A stretch of 64,000 bases of DNA from Yuukianura sp. NJ FZ-2021. Taxonomy: Eukaryota. The stretch spans positions 10,664,001-10,728,000 of the forward strand of contig CM102285.1 in the NCBI GenBank assembly GCA_046563655.1, in the 5' to 3' direction. How positions within the stretch are numbered: position 1 is the first letter of the stretch; every line of letters begins with the position of its first letter. Below the pieces are notes generated by a model. That model did not search any database, had not been told where the DNA came from, and worked only from the letters and a program-made list of their open reading frames with translations. Positions 1 through 10,462 of the stretch are shown here, one piece after another. A program made the translations under genes and the position numbers.

Positions 1-1638
1 ATTCGTTTAACACAACAAATTTGTTTAAATGAAATCAAAGTCAATTGGAAATTGAATTTGATAGCCTCCCAAAACAGTTGAAGTTTGTAAACCGTCCGGA
101 GTTCACTGACTGATCTTCTAATACAAACAGGAAAAGGGGTTTTGGGAAGTAAGTTTTAAGAAATTTTGAGTTGTGACATAGCATTAATCTTCATAAATTT
201 AATTAGATCACGCACGAGAACAGAAACTGTGTTTTTCCCGACAAACGCCAAAAGATTTTCACTTTCTCAAAGTCAAAATTTTGAAAAACAAAGCCTGAGA
301 AAGTAACTTTTAGAAAATTTGTAGATTCTTATTGTTTCTGGGAACAAAATTACAGTACCTTCTGCAAGTGGAAATTAACCAAGTTATGTAATTGTCGCAC
401 TTAAAATTAACTTTAACTTTAAGGTTCAGTCATTATGAGTCAACGCTCTCGGACTTATTAGTCCAGTTTTTGCAAGCACTCAAACACTGACAGCATGAGT
501 TGCAACTTTGTTGGTTGATTTCAAATTGCCGTTGCGTGGCTGTCTATCATATTTTGCAAAAGCAGAACACTGTAGGTGATGCTAATAAGGCTCCAAAGTC
601 TTGATGGGCGAGAAGATTAGTTTTTGCAATTTTATGAGTATGCTTGAATTGGATGAACTTTCAAGTATACGAACTTCTTTGAACTTGCGAGGCCTTATAC
701 TGGTTCATTAGAAGCCTCACGCATACATTGTTTTTCTTACATATTGCAATCCCTGCAGCATTTCTTGCACTCCCTGCATTGTTGAAACCAAAGTTCAGAT
801 GCGAATTTTGATTCAGTAAGTGCTTCGTGATCACCCATTGAAGTAGCAGCCACTTCACTTTTTCCAAAGTGCTTTTGAAGCACACATACGATTTAGGCAA
901 GTTTCATTTTGTTTGAATAGTCTTGTAGCTTGTTCTAATTTTAAAAAGTTGAGATGATCCTTAATTTGGCATGATTTAGGCAGTTATGACTCCGTATCCT
1001 GTTCTCCCCTAACCTTAACATTAATCTTCCTTTTAGTTGCCTAGCTAAGGATATGTTCAATCAAGCAAACAGCAAGGGCGTTCAAAATCTATTTAATACT
1101 AACAGTATAATACTAAAAATGTCAAGTTGGCAGTATGTTCCACTTTTAGAAAATTGTGTAAATGTTGGAATTGTGTGAATTTGATCTGGGCTTGATCATC
1201 GTCATCCCAAGCAAAGCTCTCGGTAGTGATGCGAACATGAAGTGATATGGTGAAAAAGCGACATTTTCTGGAGTTTTGAGTCCAGTAGAGCTGAAATCTA
1301 CAATTCAGATTTGGCAAAGCTTTAGTTGTGTTCTGGAACTGGGACAGGGTAGCAGATTTTACAAATCTTGCGAAATTTTTTGTTGGTTTAGTTGAAATAT
1401 TTTGTTTTTGGGTTGGAATTGGTGTACTTGACTTTATCCACTTGACAAGGTATGCATTTTAATCTTAACAGCTTTTGCTACCGGATCACCGTCATTGTTA
1501 CTTAAAGTGCTAATTCAATAGCCTTAATATCTTAAGAGCTTTAAAGGAAGTAATCCTCAAGGTGCTAATTATAAGAAAAACATATTAGCGGAGGTATTCG
1601 AAATTTGTTTTTCGCTAATTTCTTTTTGGCCCTTTCAG

Positions 1639-4600
1639 ATGGGCTTTGATTTTCGCGAAATGTCGGGTCTAACGGAGATTATGAAAGACCGAAATGTGTG
1701 GAAAGCACTATTGGCAGAATTTATTGGAACGCTGATTCTGGTGTTCGTTGGATGTGGAAGTTGTACTGCTTGGGGCCCAGACATCAAGCCCTCGATTGTT
1801 GAAATCGCTTTGGCATTTGGTCTCACAGTTGCAACAATGGCTCAGGTAATCTTTCTAATCAATTAACATTTAGTCACATTATTTCATTTCGAAATTGCTT
1901 TTAAAGAATGATTATTACTTAGCAATTAAGTAATAATTATGCTTAAAAGAGATGAGAGTCAGAGTCAGAGAATCAGGGTCAAATTTTCGCATTGTAAAGG
2001 ATAAACGCCAATCGGTAAAAATTTAGTCTAAATTTTGTCTAAATTAGCTAAATAGTCTAAATTAGCTTCTAAGCTGGTCTAACAGTGAGAAAATTTAACT
2101 GGCGTTTTAAAAAATTAAAAAGTGAAAAATTTTACAGATTCAAAAAATTTTGTTTTTCTAGTTTGACGTTGTATCATATGCCATACAATGTAATGAAGAA
2201 TTCAAAATTTCAGGATTTAGGTTACAGCTGCAATTACTGTGCTAATTTTTTTGAGTTTTTAAAAATTCCGTAATTTGTGTTAAAAAAGTATTTTGCAAAC
2301 CTGTTTTGAAGGTGAAAGGAAGAAAAAGGCTTTTTAGGGCATAAAATGTAATTGGAGAGATCAAAGCATCATTTCACATTTTTCCTGATTAAATCCTCCC
2401 AATTTGGTCATATGCGTGACAAAGTAACACAATAAGCCAAAAGGTTTACGTTTAGGGAGCGTCCTGCTAAGGACTGATGTTCAAGTGCGTTAATCATTGG
2501 CGCAGACAATGGATTGTTCAAAATCCATTGTTCCATGTCGGCATCTTCTGTGGAATGTTAGTTTTAGAAGAGAGACAGTTTTAGATTAAACTGATTTGGA
2601 ACTTGTTGACATTTGGGTAATGTCAACATGATTTCCAATTTGCCTTTGTTACCCGTATTCTTTTGATTGGTTTATTTTGGAACAGATTAGACAAATTTCC
2701 AGATTTGCGCAGAAAGCAAATAGATTATGCCATGAGAGATGTTTTTCTGGGGAAAAAAGATGCATCACGTAGGCTCGAAATTACGCACGCAGATTTCAAA
2801 ATTCACGAAAAGATTGAATTGCGCAACCAAATCATAATGAAGGCGGATCCTTTTATGTTTTGTTACTTTTTCCATTTTAATCATACACGCACATTATTTT
2901 AGTCTATTTTTTTTAAAAAAGATGCAGTGAATGTGTCGGCACTTTAAACAGAGCAGAAATTGTTGAAAATGTTCAAAACAAGTAACGATATGACGTTCTT
3001 TTGAGGTCATGAATCCTTTTTGGGGTTATCTTGAACAGTCTTGTAAAAAGTTGCTAGTTTCTGGAAGCCGTAAGGTTTAGCTTGTATTTTGAAGACGTAT
3101 TTTCATTTTGTAATGATTTATACAGCAATTTAAATCTGGTTGTTTACTAAAGCCGACTCTCGTGAGATCATTTCCAGGAATATTATCGTTGTACCTTGAC
3201 ATTAATTACTACTTTCCAGTTTGGCCAAGTTTCCCAAGTGAGGAAATCAAGGTAGGACTTAAGACCAAATTTTGCAAAGATCGCACAGTAAGCATCTCGT
3301 TTTGCAAAAAAATTGGGATTTCGATTCCTCCACGCCTAAACCTTTGTCCATGTTTCCACTTGAACCCACGCCCTGATACATACTAATTTGCTTTTGACGA
3401 TAGCTGGATGACAAGGAAAAGATGATGATAAATTCATTAGAAGTCGCAAACCCGTTGGCCTCTATTAACTTTATCAAAGGATGGGTTTAACTTTAACTAG
3501 GGTTTGCGAATCCTGTTTTCAAAGATTTTTTTGCTAAATGTTTACAGAATTTAGAGGGGATCAGAATGATATTAGCACAGAGAATGCCGGCAAACTTTTA
3601 CTGCATCGCCAAAACATTCAACGTGCCGCAGATTATAAAAATTGGTTGGAGTTGACACTGGCTTGACTGGTTGTAGCCACTACTGCATTATGGCTACAAT
3701 TTAATTACTAAACTAAATGTACCTCAAACTACAATGAAAAATTAAGCTTAATTGAATGTCTTATTCTTAGGCCATTGGAGGCGTTTCTGGATGTCATATT
3801 AATCCCGCCGTCACTGTGAGCAAGCATTTCCAAAAACACATTCAGTTTGGTTTTAATTTTTAGTTTTTTAAAAATTGGATTCATATTTAATCACAGGTTG
3901 GCCAACTAGTCGCCGCGAAAATCAAGCCAATCAAAGCTACACTTTACATCATCTTTCAATGTTTAGGAGCTATTGCTGGAGCGGCCATTTTGAAGGTACG
4001 ACAATGTGTAGTCGCAGATTATTGAATTTCACGATTTCACAGAATTTTGAAATTAAAAAGCATAATTTGAATTCTAGTCGCTTCTGCCCGAGGGATTGTT
4101 GGGCTCTCACGGAAACAACCTCGGTATGACCGTGCCCAATTCATCGATTCCGGTTGGCGTTGCCCAGGCTTTTGGAATTGAACTCATCATCACCTTTGTA
4201 CTGGTCCTTACTGTCTTCGGAGCTTGCGATGGCCTTCGAACTGATGTCAAGGGCTCCGTACCCTTAGCCATTGGTCTGTCCATCACTGCTTGTCACTTGG
4301 CCGCGATTCGGTTCACAGGTTCGTCAATGAATCCAGCAAGAACTTTCGGACCTGCAGTCATCACTGGAATTTGGACAGAACACTGGGTAATATATCAAAC
4401 AATGAGTTTCCACGTTGTGATTTATTAAAATTTAGTATTAAATATGGTATTTTATTAAGGTCTACTGGTTGGGTCCATGTGTCGGAGGTGCCTTAGCTGG
4501 ACTTTTATACGAACATGCATTCCGTGCACGACCGCCGTCGCACGACGGGGGTCACAACTACGAACAATGTGCCAAGGGAGACACGAAAGAGGTTCCAGAC

Positions 4601-4727
4601 TTTTAAGGCTTCCAAAAACGAATAATGCATGCATGTTAATTTTCAAAAAATGCATTTATTTAATACCTAATTGAGCACTTACATATTAAAGTTTTGCGTG
4701 AAATAGGTGGAGGAGGCTGCTGTTTAA
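1639..4727 (+). CDS. Classical water-channel aquaporin (Drip/Prip-like MIP family), 6 coding exons
   Basis: Exons ~1639-1845, 3771-3815, 3897-3995, 4078-4386, 4460-4591, 4707-4727 with GT-AG ends. Protein has AEFIGT, SGCHINPAVT (NPA1), CHL..FTGSSMNPARTFGP (NPA2, His/Arg filter) and HWVYWLGP. Last exon less certain; read-through gives VPDF-stop. Confidence 0.95.
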
Positions 4728-6032
4728 AACATCTCATCAAAATTGGAAATCCAGAGCTACAATACTTTTACCCAACCTACAGTTAAAAGTTATCGATTGA
4801 ATTTTTATCCAAAAATGATGTTACGAACCAAATATCAAGATTTTATCCATTCCTTCAACAACTTCTTTAAAATATTCGTTGACAAGTTTTAGTAATTAAT
4901 TTAGAAAACATAGTTTATAAAAGTTAAACTCCAACTCAAAGTTTTCTTAACCAAAGCCCCATACTTTCACCGTTGAGTGACACTGCCTCTAGTTTTAACA
5001 TTTTAAAAAGCTAATAAAATGACTCTATTGGAAAGTCGTCCTATGGCTTTCAGATTTTGTTTTAAAATTTCCAAAATGTTGTCCAATTTTTAAAAATGTT
5101 GGGCAGATCGCTTCACTTCCTTTCTTCCGTCCATAACAGACAGAATTCTGGAAGGACGACCTCTACCCATCCAAAAACTGAAGCACGGAGATTCCGTATA
5201 GCCGAGAATCACCAAGGCCTTTTATTTTCCTTACTCATTAGTTTAAGGCACACGTATAAACATACTTGTTTGTGTTGTACGGCTTCCCATGTTACTTCTG
5301 CAAATGATTCGGGTGACCATAGTAGAATATAAGGTAAAACAATGAATGCAATCGTAAGTTTAGCAAAATTTAATATAGATAATTGATTTGAGACCGATTT
5401 TGGAGTGAATTGTTGTGTTATAAGGATTATTTTGTTTGAATTCTAACTGTAAAAAGTGAAAGTTTACTTTCCAATTTTACATCTACTATTGTCTCAACTT
5501 TCTGCAAGACTTTTTCAGCGTTGAGATTTGCTTTGAGAAATTTGTAAAGTTACGCGGGAAATTTTAAAAGTAAAGTCAAAGTTTTTTTTGCTTTTTTTTA
5601 ATGTTGGAATTAATTTTTTTGCGAAATTTTTCTTGCTGTTTCCGATCCGAGTTCCGAAGTTTTTAGTCCCCGAAAAACAACGCATCTGCGTCTCGTCCAG
5701 TCTTCAAAGATCAAAAACAAGAGATTTTGTCATCACCTCTTCTTGCCTTCCGTGTTGTTCTTGAGTTTCCAATTCAAAAATAGAAAGTTGACATTTGTTG
5801 ACCGTTTTACATCGGTCAATAGTATTATTGCCTATTGCGTTGACAGTCAGTCACACTCTCACCCTACTTCAGATTGCCGGTGACGAGCCGATCTGCTGTG
5901 GCTGATTTTTCAATCAACGTCGACTATACTCACCGATCCGCCGTGGATTAGGTACGGTACGGATTAACACACAGGCGGGCTGGGAATAAGGCAGTGAGCT
6001 AATTGTTTTGTTGACGATTGTAAAACTGTCAA

Positions 6033-7088
6033 ATGGCCGCAGCTGGAAACAATGCAAGGTTTCAACTTTCTTTGAAAAGGAGGTACTTTGACGCTTCAAG
6101 GAATCAAGGCCCCCCTATGCAACCACCGTCAATGAATCAAGGAATGAATGCGATGGGTTTTGGAGGTCCACCTAACAAAAGACCGCCGTTGCCAATGCAC
6201 GGGCATGGTGGACCACCTAGGCCTCCAATGATACCGCGGTTGATGGGCCCTTCGCCGTGGGATAGGCTTCCAGCACCACCAGGATCGGTTCCACCACAAC
6301 CGTCAATGCCAGGCCCGGGAGGAGGGGCAGCTGGACAGGATTCTCAGGCAGCGGCAGCAGCAGCATTGGATGCGCAAACTAATTTGATAGTAAATTATTT
6401 GCCGCAGACTTTGAGAGACACTGAGCTCCATGAGATGTTCGGCCCTTACGGAGAAATAACCAGTTTGCGGATAGTTCGGGACAAAAACGTAACACCAAAA
6501 CCGAAACGCTCCGCAATGTTAGTTACAGAATAATCTTTTCGTTGATTTCTTACTTGATTTTATATTTCAGACTGGATACTCGTTTGGGTATGGATTTGTG
6601 AAATATGCAGATCCCTCTGCCGCAGCAATGGCAATCTCTATTCTCAATGGTCTCCAAGTTTTGAACAAAGTAATCAAGGTCAGCTACGCTCGTCCGCCAT
6701 CAGTTGAAATCAAAGATACCAATTTGTACATTACAAATCTTCCGCGAACGACAACTGATTTGGATCTAGTGAAAATGTTTGCACCCTTTGGGCAGATTGT
6801 GCAGAAGCATATTCTGTATGACAAGTACACACAGCTTCCAAGGGGCGTAGCGTTTGTTAGGTAAGCCAAAAACATTTCCGTAACATATCACGGATAATAA
6901 CCTTTGAATGTTTGTACAGATACGATCGTAGAGAGCAAGCCAATGCAGCCATAGAACAAATGAATGGTTTTATTCCACCAGGGGCAGAAGAACCACTTAA
7001 CGTACGACTTGCCGAGAATCACGGAAAACAGAAAGCAAGCTACGTTTCCGGTTTTCAGGCGGGCTCTGGCATGCAGAGGCGTTATTGA
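6033..7088 (+). CDS. Sxl: Sex-lethal-like two-RRM RNA-binding protein
   Basis: Exons 6033-6488, 6571-6860, 6920-7088. RRM1 TNLIVNYLPQ...TGYSFGYGFV, linker YARPP, RRM2 DTNLYITNLPR...PRGVAFVRY, then VRLAENHGKQKA typical of Sxl. No third RRM, so not ELAV. Confidence 0.85.
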
Positions 7089-7598
7089 ATCTTAAATGTT
7101 TGTATTGTAATCCAGCGAGCCTCTGTATAGATTAATTTAAAAACACTCTTTCATAAACTATTAAGATTATGCTTATTAAAACGTAGGTTAACCGTGTTGC
7201 ATTCAATTGTTTTTGTTTTTGCCAGGATTCTAGTAATTAATTAGTTCAGCTATTTCCTATTCTGTTGTAAAGCTACAATAAATTTTCCACGCAACTTATT
7301 GCAAACTTTCATTCTTTTAAACTAATTTCTGAGAATAATGTTAAGAAAGTTGCGTAATTATAATTTATAATTGGTAACCCGATTACCTAATAATTCGTCA
7401 ATAGCACCAGTACTTAACATTAATCGATTTAATTTATACCTAAAATATTTTTATTTTTAAGATCTGTAATGCCCATGTATGTCGTGGGCGTTACGGAGGC
7501 AGATGGAACCTTTAGTACAACCTTCTGAAAATTTGGTTGAAATAAGCTTTAGGGTGCATAATGATACCTCGCCATTAACGTCAGTGGCGTACCGTGCG

Positions 7599-8010
7599 TG
7601 TTTACAGAATTGACAGCGTCAATTCTTGTATTTTCTAGATTTTAACCCCCTCTTTTGGTTAAAATTACATTTAAATTTAGACCCCCTTTTTGGTTTCAAT
7701 TTCCCGCTTTTTGTCATGCGCACAGCCGCTCTCTCGGATTACATCATCCAAATTCCTAACTACGCAGTTAGTTTAGTTTCTGTTTTTCCACGCTTTCAGT
7801 CTCATCCAGTGTCGTCTTAGATCTTAACTTAGAAGGTACCATGCCTTTCTCTCGTTTTCTAAGTTACCGACCTCCCTAAATTAGCTAATTGTCAATCTAT
7901 AATTAACGTTCTGTTAATTAAAATAAGGGTTAAAAGCCCTGATTTATTCGGAGTTTCCGTCTTGGTTTTTCTCCGAATTTCATTCCTAAAAGTTCATATC
8001 TAAATGAACA
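7599..8010 (+). repeat. Left LTR (412 bp)
   Basis: TGTTTACAGAATTGACAGCGTCAATTC...TAAATGAACA; no mismatch seen by eye against 9422-9833. Confidence 0.95.
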
Positions 8011-8578
8011 TAATTTTCCGAATAATCAAAAGTTCTCTCCCCTGCCTCGTGTTCAAGATGGCCGCCAGTGCCATATCCTAACTCTACAAACATCCTGTGC
8101 TCCAGAACTGGACTTCTATCCATCAGTGACTGTAAGTTCCAGTTCATCATCACCGTCTTGGTCCGAAAGTGGACAGTGGAGCAGCCGATCTGACCCTTGA
8201 CCTCATCGTCCATCAGTGGGAAATCGACCGCCTCTCCAATCCACTCTTCGTCATCTCACTTCACCACTAATCAGAGGTAACTTTACATCATGTCACCCAT
8301 GTGACCAGTCGTCACATCCAGTACGACTGAAGTTACCATCTCGCAATTCGGACTCCACCGACCACCTCACAGTCATCAGTACTTCCGGACAGTCCACATT
8401 TTATTTTAAGAAACCAGTTCTTAAATGTCACCTCACCCAAGCAACACGTCTTGGTCAAAGTCACGTAGGGATGACGACAATCTCTAGTCTCATCACCATC
8501 TCATCTCTCTCCACTACCAAAGTGGTTCCTCAACCGATGATCGTCACTGACTACAACAGGTCAAACTCATCTCTTCAG

Positions 8579-8749
8579 CGTCTCGATACCGTGGGTGTCA
8601 CCATCAGCGTGCGTCCACCAGTCCGCCCGTTGACTGAAAAGTTAGAGCTCCGCTACTCCACTCATCTCATTCGAACGTCTCGATACCGCGGATGTCACCA
8701 TCAGTGTGCACTCGCCAGTCCACCCGTTGACTGAAAAGTTAGAGCTCCG
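8579..8749 (+). repeat. Two diverged ~74-bp direct repeats (97-bp period) inside the LTR element
   Basis: CGTCTCGATACCG...GTTGACTGAAAAGTTAGAGCTCCG at 8579-8652 and 8676-8749. Confidence 0.9.
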
Positions 8750-9421
8750 TTCACCGCAACTGGATTTCCAACACTAGGATTCCAGTCTCTTCGGATTCGT
8801 CCGTCTTCTGGACACCGCTCGTGTGTCCATTCGTCCCATTACTGGACTCTCTCCTTGGGGCAGCAGCCAACTCTTCACTCCTACGTCTTTGGATGAAGAT
8901 TGGACCTCCAAGAAGAATTTTCACTCAATTCGTGACCTCGGTGACCTCTGCCTCAAATCCTCTTTTTGTCGCCAGTGGAAACCAGACCAACCTCAGCATC
9001 ATGCTCAAGACCATCTCTACCACTCAAACCGAATGTCACCGCTCGTGTGCTTTCTCCAGGACTTCAACTGGACGGTTTGACATCTACTCAACTTCACTGG
9101 ATTCCCGCTGCTGGTTCCAGTCTCCCTCATTCTCAACATCATGGACACCGCTCGTGCGTCCCATCATCCTCTGACGTCCTCTCATCGGACCTTCATCCCT
9201 GCTTCCTACAGCATCTCAGGACTAATTCTAAGATTTTCTTTTCTTTCACAATTCGAGTAAAGTTAAAGTAAAATTTAAGTTAGAGTTAGCCTATCTCCTC
9301 CTCTAAATGTAAGTTTCATTTCCGGCCTCAATTTTCGTAAACATTCGTTTTTCACTTCAATTCAGTAATTTATTCTTAATTCTGGATTTTGGTGGATTCC
9401 CAATCCACCAAGGCCGCCGAA

Positions 9422-9833
9422 TGTTTACAGAATTGACAGCGTCAATTCTTGTATTTTCTAGATTTTAACCCCCTCTTTTGGTTAAAATTACATTTAAATT
9501 TAGACCCCCTTTTTGGTTTCAATTTCCCGCTTTTTGTCATGCGCACAGCCGCTCTCTCGGATTACATCATCCAAATTCCTAACTACGCAGTTAGTTTAGT
9601 TTCTGTTTTTCCACGCTTTCAGTCTCATCCAGTGTCGTCTTAGATCTTAACTTAGAAGGTACCATGCCTTTCTCTCGTTTTCTAAGTTACCGACCTCCCT
9701 AAATTAGCTAATTGTCAATCTATAATTAACGTTCTGTTAATTAAAATAAGGGTTAAAAGCCCTGATTTATTCGGAGTTTCCGTCTTGGTTTTTCTCCGAA
9801 TTTCATTCCTAAAAGTTCATATCTAAATGAACA
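9422..9833 (+). repeat. Right LTR (412 bp)
   Basis: Copy of 7599-8010; the ORF track shows the same 64-aa ORF in both copies (7626, 9449). Confidence 0.95.
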
Positions 9834-10462
9834 GTGCGTATTCACCCTTTTGACCCTTATGTTAGTGCTTCCAGTGTTCCATGGATAAAATATTTCTCCA
9901 CACCTACATCGAATCAAGGGGAAGTATCCATTTCGATCCATTTTATCCAATGATGTCTTCCGGATAAAACCGGATGAAACAATGGACAAAACGTCAACAA
10001 TGTGGATATGCAGCAACACGAGTATTCCCTCCATTCTACTTCCCAAATTGAATTCTAAAATTTTGTACCCCTCGGGGATTGGTTTCTTTGTTTTGGTAGG
10101 TGTAAGCGTGACCTATTAGAGAAAACGGACAACGTATTATTAGGTATAATTTTTCCCGCGAGCGATTTCTTGTGTATCTTGTGGGAATGAGAAATTTGTA
10201 CAAGACAAGAAGTGGTTAACTTGGGGGGTACAATTTTACAGTGTGAAGCTTATGTCGACCACAAATTCATTTCGGGGGAAAGGTAAACAAACATTTTTAG
10301 TGGATTGGATGGGTACTGTTACTGCACGATTAATGGTTAATTGGGTTGTTGAGAGTTTTTAGTTAATTTATCGTCACAGCTCTAATTCCGACAGTAGTGG
10401 GATTGTCACATTCATTGTGATTTTCGTTGCAATAACGTTACAACAAATCTCACATCAACATC

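Larger units (their letters stand above)
7599..9833 (+). mobile_element. Non-autonomous LTR retroelement (LARD/TRIM-like, BEL/Pao-type termini)
   Basis: Two 412-bp direct repeats with TGTT...AACA termini, 5-bp TSD GTGCG (7594-7598 and 9834-9838), AAGGCCGCCGAA just before the right LTR (possible PPT, basis for orientation), 1411-bp interior with no recognisable gag/pol. Confidence 0.92.

Noticed and set aside
2020..2070. TAGTCTAAAT-like short tandem repeats in aquaporin intron 1
   Set aside because: Short low-complexity AT-rich sequence with no further structure.
8579..8749. Repeat-spacer look suggesting CRISPR
   Set aside because: Only two long diverged units, eukaryotic context, no cas genes.
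8216..9271. ORFs of 85-172 aa inside the LTR element
   Set aside because: No gag zinc knuckle, protease, RT or integrase motifs; Ser/Thr/His-rich composition reflects C/T bias and the ORFs overlap internal repeats.
10057..10237. AAAATTTTGTACCCC / GGGGTACAATTTT inverted pair
   Set aside because: Short, imperfect and with no TSD found.
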